From the NCBI GenBank assembly GCA_020053275.1, contig JAGVNL010000026.1:6416-70415 (forward strand): a DNA stretch of 64,000 nt. Direction: 5' to 3'. Origin of the DNA: a bacterium (GTDB lineage: Bacteria > Patescibacteriota > Patescibacteriia > UBA9934). Shown here piece by piece: positions 56,859 through 64,000 of the stretch; the stretch's first letter is position 1; every line of letters begins with the position of its first letter. Position numbers and translations under genes: made by a program. A model generated the notes under the pieces. That model did no database searches and was not told where the DNA came from. It saw nothing but the letters and a program-made list of their open reading frames with translations.

Positions 56859-56906
56859 AGTTTGTAGATAGTAGAATGTAGATGGGCCTGCCCAGCTCCG
56901 CCGGGT
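56859..56906 (-). promoter_or_regulatory. conserved 48-nt element in the dnaK 5' region (gtag repeats plus GC hairpin)
   Basis: agtttgtag-atagtag-aatgtag-atgggcctgcccagctccgccgggt, the paralog of 53724-53771. Confidence 0.5.
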
Positions 56907-56908
56907 AG

Positions 56909-57475
56909 TTAACTCGTTAGTTTTTCGTTCACAATCACCTTCGATGGCCTTAGCACAATCTCGCCGAGCTTCCAGCCTTTAATCAGCTCCTCGACCACTT
57001 CATGCTCTGGCCGAGCCTCGTCAAACTTACTCCCACCAGATTCGTGAATGTTAGGATTGAACGGTTCGCCCACGGCTTTGATTGGTTCAACGCCGAGCGT
57101 CTTAAGCACTTCCTCAAACTGCCGAGCGATGTGTGTTATTCCAGCAAACCAACTTTTGAGATTATCTGGCACTTCAGTTGGCGCAAACTTGATCGCCTGA
57201 TCAAAGTTATCCACAACCGGCAGTAACTCTTGCGCCATGTTGATGCGGACTCGTCGTCGATCGTCATCTCGCGCTTCCGAGTTTCGTTTCTGCAAATTCT
57301 CGTAATCGGCGAGCGCTCGTTTCCAACCTGCGAGATATTCAGCGTTTTGTTCTTCCAAAGTTGGCGTCGACCCACCTACTGGCGAGCCAGCACCCTCATT
57401 ATTTACATCCTCCCCTAGCCCCTCCATACCTGGAGAGGTATTTACAATGTCATCGTTTAAATTTTGATCGGTCAT
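56909..57475 (-). CDS. grpE: nucleotide exchange factor GrpE
   Basis: GrpE coiled-coil plus beta domain; 4-bp overlap with hrcA. Confidence 0.88.
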   Translation of the reverse strand: MTDQNLNDDIVNTSPGMEGLGEDVNNEGAGSPVGGSTPTLEEQNAEYLAGWKRALADYENLQKRNSEARDDDRRRVRINMAQELLPVVDNFDQAIKFAPTEVPDNLKSWFAGITHIARQFEEVLKTLGVEPIKAVGEPFNPNIHESGGSKFDEARPEHEVVEELIKGWKLGEIVLRPSKVIVNEKLTS

Positions 57476-58182
57476 ACATCTGTAAAATTACTATCAAGCA
57501 TTTTTTTCACTTCTTGCAGTAAACCGATGTTGCGCCCGTACTTCATTCGTAACGGCCCGAGCAGTCCGAGCAAACCAACACTCCCGTCGGGCAGTCGCAC
57601 ACGAACAACGACCGTAGCCATCTCCGCACTTATGGGACTCTCACTCCCCAGCCACACTCTAACATCCTCTTGCGCTAGCTTTAGTAAAGCGTCCACCGCG
57701 TTATCTACCCGATCAATCGCGTCAGCAATCTCTTCACGATGACCTTCTACCTCGAACTCAGGTTTACGCATCAAGTTAGATAACCCCGTGTACTGCGTGG
57801 CGTGATTGTCACTCGCCACAAAGGCTGTTTCGCCACTCATCGAGGACAATGCTCGACTGACAGCGCGCAACACTTCTTCACTCGTCGACGCTTGTCCGAC
57901 GGCGACCTTCAGCTCTGCCGCGATCCTGTCCGCTCGTTCCACTTTCATGAAGTGGTCCAGGTAATAGCGGTAGGCAGCCTCGGTTGGCACACGCCCCGCC
58001 GAAGTATGCGGCTGGAGCAGAAACAGTGCCTCGGTTAACGCCATCAAGTCATTGCGCACTGTCGCCGGCGACACCGCTGGCAAGTGAGTATCTGCAATCA
58101 TTTTGCTGGCCACTGGTTCGGCTGTGCGGATATATTCCTCCACCACAGCTCGTAATATATTGGCTTGTCGGTCATTCAACAT
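57472..58182 (-). CDS. hrcA: heat-inducible transcription repressor HrcA (short, 236 aa)
   Basis: N-terminal wHTH 'RQANILRAVVEEYIRTAEPVASKMI'. First gene of the hrcA-grpE-dnaK operon with a CIRCE element upstream. Confidence 0.85.
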   Translation of the reverse strand: MLNDRQANILRAVVEEYIRTAEPVASKMIADTHLPAVSPATVRNDLMALTEALFLLQPHTSAGRVPTEAAYRYYLDHFMKVERADRIAAELKVAVGQASTSEEVLRAVSRALSSMSGETAFVASDNHATQYTGLSNLMRKPEFEVEGHREEIADAIDRVDNAVDALLKLAQEDVRVWLGSESPISAEMATVVVRVRLPDGSVGLLGLLGPLRMKYGRNIGLLQEVKKMLDSNFTDV

Positions 58183-58196
58183 ACGCCTAAAACAAA

Positions 58197-58237
58197 TTAG
58201 CAGTCTATAGTATAGAGTGCTAACTATTCTTCGTCAA
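58197..58237 (-). promoter_or_regulatory. hrcA promoter (TTGACG-N17-TATACT on the minus strand) overlapped by CIRCE (TTAGCAGTC-N9-GAGTGCTAA)
   Basis: CIRCE at 58197-58223. The -10 is the complement of 58209-58214 and the -35 the complement of 58232-58237. Same architecture as the clpB promoter. Confidence 0.65.
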
Positions 58238-58245
58238 TAGTCATT

Positions 58246-59910
58246 TTAGGCCGCTTTTTGCTGCTTCGCGAGCTTCCGCCAACCGCTTTTTGCAATTTTC
58301 TTCTCTTTTAAGTACTGCCCCAAATGCTCGCCACCTAACACACTCGGAATAACAGCATAGGTTGCACCGAGCTTATAACAACGCGCTGCCTCCTCCGCAT
58401 TTTTTACAGTTACGATAATCGTCCCGTGAGCATGATGAGTTCGTAGGTAATCAAGCAAATCGATAGTAACTAGAATATCAGGAATAGTAGAAATTATCAG
58501 CTTCGCTCTAGCTACGCCAATAAAATGCAAAAGATCATCGCTCCCAGCGTCGCCATACATTGCAGCTATACCAGCACTCGCCAACTCTTCAATCACGACT
58601 GGATTATAATCGACAACCAGAGATGTGCCTGTCATTTTTTTAAGTTGCGGCCACAACCTACGGCCAGAGCGGCTATAACCAAAAAGTATATAATCCGCCA
58701 CCTCGGCAGACCGCTTGTCAATATGCTTACCAAGACCAAAGCGTTCCAGAACAACAGAGAAGTGTTCGTAAAGCTGTTCGTTGTAAGCAATAAAATATGA
58801 CGACAGCGTAATCGTAATCAACGCAACAATGGTAGCTAGAGCAAGCGAACTCTGCGTTACCAAACCAGCAGCAATTCCAGCCGTCAATAAAATAAATGAG
58901 AACTCACTAATCTGCGCCATGGTCGTACCAGTCAAAAAAGCAGTTCGTGGATGATAGCCTAATAACCGCATCAGTAACCAAGCGATAAGCGGATTACCCA
59001 CTAGAATATAGAGACTGATGACCACAGCCGGCAAGAGCAAAGCCTGCAAACTGCCGAGCGTCAACCCAGTACCGAGTACGATGAAGAATATAATGAGAAA
59101 AAAATCGCGCAGCGTTCGAATCTTTGCTTCAATCTCGTGCTGAAATCCACTAGCTGCCAAACTAATACCAGCCAACAACGCACCAATTTCAATACTAAAA
59201 CCAATATTAAGTAATATCGACGCCACCGCAAAACACCAACCAAGCGCCACCAAAAATAGTAATTCTTGCGAACGAGCAACAAACTTAAACAATAACGGCA
59301 ACACCGTTTTTGATAATAAGAAAAGGGCAACAACTACCAATACGCCCTTAACTAGTGATGTTGTTACAATTTGCGAAATAGAACCACCGTCATGCCAAGC
59401 ACCAAGCATGAGTAGCGCAAACATGGCCATCATGTCCTGCACAATTAGCATGCCGACGCTGATCCGACCGTAAAGCCGATCAAGGTCGTCTTTATCCGAC
59501 AGCAGCTTAACAATAATGATGGTTGACGAGAATGAAAACGCTAGGCCTAAAAATAAGCTCGTCGTTGTATCAAACCCAAGTGCGGTAGTAATGCCGTAAC
59601 CAATCGCGGAAGTAATAATCACCTGACAAATACCACCAATAAGAACAACTGGCCCGACATCACGAATACTCCGCCAATTCAGATTCAATCCCACAATAAA
59701 CAACAAGAGCGCAATCCCAAACTTTGACAAGCCACCAAGCACATCCGTGGACTGCACCAAGTTCATCACCCCCGGCCCCACCAATACACCAGTCAAAATG
59801 TATGCAATAATCAGCGGTTGCCTTAATTTATACGCCAAAATTGCGAGTATTCCCGCTATCACCATGACAACTCCCACCTCTACAAATAAATACTCCATCA
59901 TAGCCTCCAA
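58246..59910 (-). CDS. monovalent cation:proton antiporter (CPA2, Kef-type) with a C-terminal TrkA-N/RCK domain
   Basis: 554 aa. About 12 TM helices plus a C-terminal Rossmann-like 'GYSRSGRRL...' RCK domain. Confidence 0.8.
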   Translation of the reverse strand: MEAMMEYLFVEVGVVMVIAGILAILAYKLRQPLIIAYILTGVLVGPGVMNLVQSTDVLGGLSKFGIALLLFIVGLNLNWRSIRDVGPVVLIGGICQVIITSAIGYGITTALGFDTTTSLFLGLAFSFSSTIIIVKLLSDKDDLDRLYGRISVGMLIVQDMMAMFALLMLGAWHDGGSISQIVTTSLVKGVLVVVALFLLSKTVLPLLFKFVARSQELLFLVALGWCFAVASILLNIGFSIEIGALLAGISLAASGFQHEIEAKIRTLRDFFLIIFFIVLGTGLTLGSLQALLLPAVVISLYILVGNPLIAWLLMRLLGYHPRTAFLTGTTMAQISEFSFILLTAGIAAGLVTQSSLALATIVALITITLSSYFIAYNEQLYEHFSVVLERFGLGKHIDKRSAEVADYILFGYSRSGRRLWPQLKKMTGTSLVVDYNPVVIEELASAGIAAMYGDAGSDDLLHFIGVARAKLIISTIPDILVTIDLLDYLRTHHAHGTIIVTVKNAEEAARCYKLGATYAVIPSVLGGEHLGQYLKEKKIAKSGWRKLAKQQKAA

Positions 59911-59970
59911 TCTATGATAAGATTATAGCACATTATTTTGACCTCACCCCTACTCCCCACTTAATTTATT

Positions 59971-60405
59971 TTGTTTCTTTACAATATGGACAAAAAAGAT
60001 TTGGTGGCAATATCCACCATTGTTACGAACGCAATTCAAGCCACGGTACCAAACATGATCGAGTCCGTAATCAAGAAAACGGTACCTGGCATGATTGAGG
60101 CTGCCATCAAGAAAACTGTACCTGACATAATCGAATCGGGAATCCAGAAAACAGTACCAGGCATGATACGAGAAACCGTCAAAGACTTACTCGAACAGAA
60201 TAACCACATCTTTAAACTGGAACTGCGTGACGAAATGTACGCCATGAACAAAGCCATGGAAAATCGCCTGACCAAAAAAATCGAGGACACCAGATCCGAA
60301 ACCATCACCGACATCGGCGAAATCCTTGACCAATCAATCCTTCCACAAATCGGCAACCACGAGCACCGTCTCTTTAAAATCGAAAATCGTCTAGCAATTT
60401 GCTGA
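59971..60405 (+). CDS. hypothetical protein with four tandem 11-residue repeats (I/V-x-K-K-T-V-P-x-M-I-E)
   Basis: 'TVPNMIESVIKKTVPGMIEAAIKKTVPDIIESGIQKTVPGMIRETVKD', followed by a coiled-coil-like tail. Confidence 0.5.
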   Translation: MFLYNMDKKDLVAISTIVTNAIQATVPNMIESVIKKTVPGMIEAAIKKTVPDIIESGIQKTVPGMIRETVKDLLEQNNHIFKLELRDEMYAMNKAMENRLTKKIEDTRSETITDIGEILDQSILPQIGNHEHRLFKIENRLAIC

Positions 60406-60427
60406 CCTGTTGGCTTGCTGTAGAGTC

Positions 60428-60460
60428 ACAAAAATACCTGACATCTGTCAGGTATTTTTT
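60428..60460. terminator. bidirectional rho-independent terminator between the repeat-protein gene and tRNA-Glu
   Basis: Perfect stem aaaaatacctgaca-tct-tgtcaggtattttt. Confidence 0.65.
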
Positions 60461-60534
60461 GGTGACTCTACCGGGAATCGAACCCGGATTAAAGGCTTGA
60501 GAAGCCTCTGTCCTAACCGTTAGACGATAGAGCC
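60460..60534 (-). tRNA. tRNA-Glu (anticodon CUC), CCA encoded
   Basis: GGCTCTA...TTCGATTCC...TAGAGTC-A-CCA. Anticodon loop UUCUCAA. Confidence 0.75.
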
Positions 60535-60658
60535 ATGCTCTTAATTTCGTGCGAAGTGTAGCAAAACTAAGAATAAAAACAAGACCCCACGCCAGAAACG
60601 ACACGAGGCCGCTCCGGGTGGAGTACCTGTCGCCTAGCACGGGGTAGAAGTTCGCAGC

Positions 60659-61243
60659 CTACTGGCCATCAGCCTCGACTGTAGCGAAATAGTCGAACAC
60701 CGCCTGGTTGTTGCTGATCTTGGCTACAACCATGACACTATCAATGGCCTGCCAGCCGAGTGCCAAGCCAATCAGGTGATCCGCCAGCTCGTCGACAGGT
60801 GAAGCAAAACCCGAGGTCGAGACGATCCGTTCGCACTCCCCCATACGAACAGCACCCTGGTAGATGTGCTCCATGGAGTTGCGGCTACTCGTGTCCTGGA
60901 TCTCGAAGCTGAGGACACGGTCGTCGTACAAGCTGAGGCTGTACCCCTTCTTGATGCTGTGAAAGCCGTAGCGCAGCGACTGGTCCGCACTGATGTCGCC
61001 GATGGACACCACACAGATCAGCTTCCAGTGCGTGATTGGTTCGATCACCTTCTCCCACAGGGCAACGCAACAACCAGTGTCGGTTGGGTCGCCGCGCAAG
61101 GCGATGGGGATGACGATGTCTGTCACCACCCGGCGAGCAACCGCTGCAAAATGAGCCATGAAGGCTTCTTCTCGAGGAGTTCTTTTGATGTCGTCAATAA
61201 GCAAAGTAGCCTCACAGAGTTGAGTATGCCACAGGGAATCCAT
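60659..61243 (-). CDS. hypothetical protein in a high-GC islet, divergent from 61398-62147
   Basis: 194 aa; about 58-60% GC with GC3-biased codons; no motif. Several overlapping shadow ORFs were ignored. Confidence 0.45.
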   Translation of the reverse strand: MDSLWHTQLCEATLLIDDIKRTPREEAFMAHFAAVARRVVTDIVIPIALRGDPTDTGCCVALWEKVIEPITHWKLICVVSIGDISADQSLRYGFHSIKKGYSLSLYDDRVLSFEIQDTSSRNSMEHIYQGAVRMGECERIVSTSGFASPVDELADHLIGLALGWQAIDSVMVVAKISNNQAVFDYFATVEADGQ

Positions 61244-61280
61244 AGCAATACCATCAGACTAACAGAATATATTGCTTGCG

Positions 61281-61313
61281 TCCACTTAGTGGAGTCGTCT
61301 TCCACTAAGTGGA
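61281..61313. promoter_or_regulatory. double-palindrome operator-like site (TCCACTTAGTGGA-N7-TCCACTAAGTGGA) in the divergent promoter region
   Basis: Two 13-bp self-complementary half-sites in mirrored arrangement between the two GC-rich genes. Confidence 0.5.
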
Positions 61314-61397
61314 ATGAGTTGACCAAAAAACTAAAATGGGCTAATCTCAGCCTCGTCGATTGCTGGCAATCAAGCCAAAACTCGACCTGGAGCACTC

Positions 61398-62147
61398 ATG
61401 TCCATCGAACTCGTCAAAACTGAGCCAGCCAACCCAACCTCACAGGACGACAACACGAGCCTGGAACTCCACGGCCTCATGCCTCGCCCGTATATCGACA
61501 TCGTCCTCGAGCACCTAGCACTGCTCGCCGACACTCCCCGTTGCGACTGGCTGGCCGGCAATGTCCCCTTCGGCCAGTTGCCTCCCAACCTGCAGGGTCT
61601 CGCCGAGCTGCTGATCTGCGACGAGCTGGCCTGTCTGATTGGCCTGTTCATCCCCGAGGGCATCCGCGCCACCACCTGCAACAAGATCGTGCGCTACCTC
61701 AAGGCCATCAGCAAGAAGGTCAGCGGGATCGACAACCGTCTGTGCGTTGCCCTCGCCATCACCTGGTTCAACGACTACCGACGAGACAGGCAGAGCCTCA
61801 GTCCACAGATCCTCGACGCCGATCAGCGTGCCATCAACGCCATCACGGCGCTGAACCACGAGCCGCTAGCTCGCTGGTCGTTCAACAGTCGTACCTACAA
61901 GGAGCTCAACTCTGAGGGCAATGTGGCTATCCACGACTTGGTGGAGAACACCGTCGTCTGGCGCATCGACCGTATGGTCAAGCGAGTAGAGATCCCGGCC
62001 AGCCGCCGCCCCGCCACCTGCCATCGCCTGATCAGCGAGCTCAAGCATCTCAACGACTGGCGCGTCAGTAGAGCCTCGAACCGTCAGGTTGTTCTGCACA
62101 ACCAGGTCTGGCTCGCCCGCTACCGTGAAGGGTTGCTGCGGCCATGA
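61398..62147 (+). CDS. hypothetical protein in a high-GC islet
   Basis: 249 aa, GGAG 8 nt upstream, own terminator, strongly GC3-biased codons (ctc, gac, ggc, atc, aag). Confidence 0.5.
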   Translation: MSIELVKTEPANPTSQDDNTSLELHGLMPRPYIDIVLEHLALLADTPRCDWLAGNVPFGQLPPNLQGLAELLICDELACLIGLFIPEGIRATTCNKIVRYLKAISKKVSGIDNRLCVALAITWFNDYRRDRQSLSPQILDADQRAINAITALNHEPLARWSFNSRTYKELNSEGNVAIHDLVENTVVWRIDRMVKRVEIPASRRPATCHRLISELKHLNDWRVSRASNRQVVLHNQVWLARYREGLLRP

Positions 62148-62152
62148 CCCCT

Positions 62153-62190
62153 GTCTCCCCTCGCTTCGGCGAGCGGGAGACTCCTTTTTA
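62153..62190 (+). terminator. rho-independent terminator after 61398-62147
   Basis: gtctcccctcgc-ttcg-gcgagcgggagac followed by tcctttttatg. Confidence 0.6.
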
Positions 62191-62208
62191 TGTTATACTT
62201 TTCGTAGT

Positions 62209-63330
62209 ATGAACCACGAATCCCTACAACCAAGAATAGATATTGATAAGGGTAGTATTATATTTCTACCTGACGCTGATAAAACAAGAACTCACCGAAA
62301 TAAATTAGACACACTCCGAGTAGCTGAACGCAACCGAATATTGCGCGAAGAACACAACAAACTGCTACAAATAGAAAGGAGTCAATCAGAAAACGACGAT
62401 ATAATTAAAACCACAGTTTTCCACGATGTTCTAAGAATGCAAAGCGAACTAGATTTTGATACTCGTGTCGTCGACTATTACAATAACCTAGCTGACAAAC
62501 GAGCCACTGCCTGGGAAGCTGGCGATCCAAAAGCCATTCACAATCTACAGATCAAAATTACCACACTAAGCAAAATCGCGCCGCTGCAAATCTCAGGGTT
62601 AGCTGCCGCCGACACCTCAAAAACATGGTATAATAAAAACAATATGACTGAAAAATTTTCCCAAAGCACAGCCGACCACGACTGGCAAGCACCCCGTCCC
62701 ACAATCGGTGAGCTACCAACCCCTGATTATCGTGGCGTTCACGCCAAAGAAGTCCATTCTGCACCAAATACCTTCGGCCGCGAAGCTTATTTGCATAACA
62801 TAAAACAACAAGACGCTGACATTGCAAACCTCGCAAAAACAGAAATACATAAAGATCTGCAAAATCTAGACCTCGATGTTTATAGCCGTGGCCTAAACAA
62901 AAGAATTAAATCTATAGAAAACAACATGGAAGACGCACCCGATTCCGACATTCGGGAATTACAATTACTTCGCGAAAAGCAAAAAGAAGTAAATGCAAGA
63001 TTAGCTATAAAGCCAGCAGCAGGCGTGCCAAAATTAGATAGTCAATTCGCCAGACGCCAAGAAATCGAAAAAGTTCGTCGCGAAGCAACAAAAATTATCG
63101 ATCAAATTAAATCCGTTACAGCCGAACGAGCTAAGCTGAGCTCCTGGAACCCCTTCAACTGGAGCCGCATTCGCGATCTTGATACTCACCTAGACACTCT
63201 CAAATCACGCAAGGAAGAATGGCAACTTCGCTCTAAGAGCAACGCCCTCCAAGAAAAACTATTCGCATCAAAAACCCCAGAATACAAAATTAACGACGAA
63301 GCAGATTTAGAAGAGTTGGAAACTGGCTAG
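62209..63330 (+). CDS. hypothetical coiled-coil-rich protein (AT-rich, host-like codon usage)
   Basis: Start placed at the first ATG after the terminator (373 aa); the ORF-track start lies inside the previous gene. Lys/Glu/Gln-rich with heptad patterns. Confidence 0.45.
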   Translation: MNHESLQPRIDIDKGSIIFLPDADKTRTHRNKLDTLRVAERNRILREEHNKLLQIERSQSENDDIIKTTVFHDVLRMQSELDFDTRVVDYYNNLADKRATAWEAGDPKAIHNLQIKITTLSKIAPLQISGLAAADTSKTWYNKNNMTEKFSQSTADHDWQAPRPTIGELPTPDYRGVHAKEVHSAPNTFGREAYLHNIKQQDADIANLAKTEIHKDLQNLDLDVYSRGLNKRIKSIENNMEDAPDSDIRELQLLREKQKEVNARLAIKPAAGVPKLDSQFARRQEIEKVRREATKIIDQIKSVTAERAKLSSWNPFNWSRIRDLDTHLDTLKSRKEEWQLRSKSNALQEKLFASKTPEYKINDEADLEELETG

Positions 63331-64000
63331 TGCCGTAACCAATATTTTTCCTGACGAACCAGCAGTTTAGCAGCATTAAGTGGATCCGCCACAATGTCCT
63401 TGACTGCTTTTTCTATTCTAGCACTTTGCGAACCCTTACAGAAAACTATATCGCCAGGCCGCACATTGGCATCTAAATAACGGCCAGCCTCCACCGGCGT
63501 CGCAAACCACACCACACAGTCTGCTGCCATGCCGGCCTCTACCGCCGCCTGCGCCGCGTCTTTCATTTCCTCACCAACTGCCACAAATAAATTTGCTACC
63601 TCGGCCACCCGCTTGCCAACCGCAATATGCTCATCACGGCTAATGCTACCAAGCTCCGCCATCTTGCCAAGAACCGCAATCCGGCGCATTTCCATCCTGT
63701 GCGGCACAAAACTATGCAGCACCTCTAAACCCGCTTTCATCGACGCTGGCGCTGCGTTATACGAATCATCAAGAATAAGGCTGCCACGAATCCCAGCCAG
63801 CGGGTTAAGTCGCCCGGCCACTGGTTGCATTCCCTTATTCAGTCTCTCAACCGCATCCGCCAGACTAACGCCAAGCTGATGAGCTACCGCAATCGCCGCC
63901 AAACAAGCCGAGATTGACGACCTGCCGAGGCAGTTCTTGAGTACCAGCTCCGCTTCCTCCCCAAACGCTTTAACTATTGCACGAGTACAGATGGTTGGTT
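63327..64000 (-). CDS. murF: UDP-N-acetylmuramoyl-tripeptide--D-alanyl-D-alanine ligase, C-terminal part (runs off the window)
   Basis: Mur ligase C-terminal domain 'ILDDSYNAAPASMKAGLEVL'. The reading frame stays open to position 64000. Confidence 0.7.
   Translation of the reverse strand, partial: PTICTRAIVKAFGEEAELVLKNCLGRSSISACLAAIAVAHQLGVSLADAVERLNKGMQPVAGRLNPLAGIRGSLILDDSYNAAPASMKAGLEVLHSFVPHRMEMRRIAVLGKMAELGSISRDEHIAVGKRVAEVANLFVAVGEEMKDAAQAAVEAGMAADCVVWFATPVEAGRYLDANVRPGDIVFCKGSQSARIEKAVKDIVADPLNAAKLLVRQEKYWLRH

Noticed and set aside
60374-60640. 88-aa minus-strand ORF overlapping tRNA-Glu
   Set aside because: It runs straight through a well-formed tRNA and the terminator palindrome, so it is not a plausible coding sequence.
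60866-62099. Multiple overlapping ORFs on both strands in the 60.65-62.2 kb islet (60772-61014, 60866-61423, 60885-61073, 61370-61684, 61515-61859, 61541-61915, 61639-61854, 61866-62099)
   Set aside because: They are GC-rich frame artefacts. Only the two frames with start context and terminator (60659-61243 minus and 61398-62147 plus) were kept.
1-64000. CRISPR arrays, IS elements or transposases, rRNA genes
   Set aside because: A scan by eye found no regularly spaced direct repeats separated by unique spacers, no transposase-like ORFs (DDE or HTH signatures), and no rRNA-like conserved stretches.

Overview
This 64 kb window looks like a compact bacterial chromosome segment with about 47-50% GC overall. 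The gene sizes and domain losses suggest a reduced-genome lineage. That reading rests on an AlaRS without a C-Ala domain, an RpoA without an alpha-CTD, a short HrcA, PduL in place of Pta, a MurJ/Wzx-rich envelope gene set and a T4SS-type ATPase. Core content, from the start of the window: an M23 peptidase, gltX, tagA-like, clpB and ppa. Next come a priA-like gene, def and fmt, then a degenerate UvrA-like fragment, an ABC exporter and a DUF2779-like nuclease. An envelope-glycan cluster follows (Wzy-like membrane protein, three glycosyltransferases, a Wzx flippase). Then a ribosomal block, rpsI-rplM-rplQ-rpoA-rpsD-rpsK-rpsM-rpmJ-infA, followed by alaS, sanA, murJ, pduL, rRNA/tRNA methyltransferases, era, dus, rimK, ribH plus a riboflavin kinase, dnaX, cysS, the hrcA-grpE-dnaK-dnaJ operon, a CPA2 antiporter and a partial murF. 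There are three tRNAs: Arg-CCG, Gln-CUG and Glu-CUC. Matched CIRCE/HrcA promoters with a TTGACG-N17-TATACT core sit in front of both hrcA and clpB. Observations worth following up: (1) Three high-GC islets (29.8-30.4 kb, 35.0-36.4 kb next to tRNA-Arg, and 60.65-62.2 kb) have GC3-rich codon usage unlike the host genes; they encode small secreted or unknown proteins, a divergent gene pair with a double-palindrome operator, and an AT-rich CdiI-like orphan immunity gene. (2) The PriA homolog keeps its zinc-binding cysteines but has lost the Walker A, Walker B and arginine-finger motifs. (3) The UvrA-like half-protein ends next to a 15-bp inverted-repeat element. (4) dnaK and dnaJ are separated by three unknown genes and are each preceded by a 48-nt element that is about 90% identical between the two copies. 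A related family of 'gtag' repeats sits next to clpB, dnaK and dnaJ. No CRISPR array, IS element or rRNA was seen. All calls rest on motif reading alone; no searches were run.
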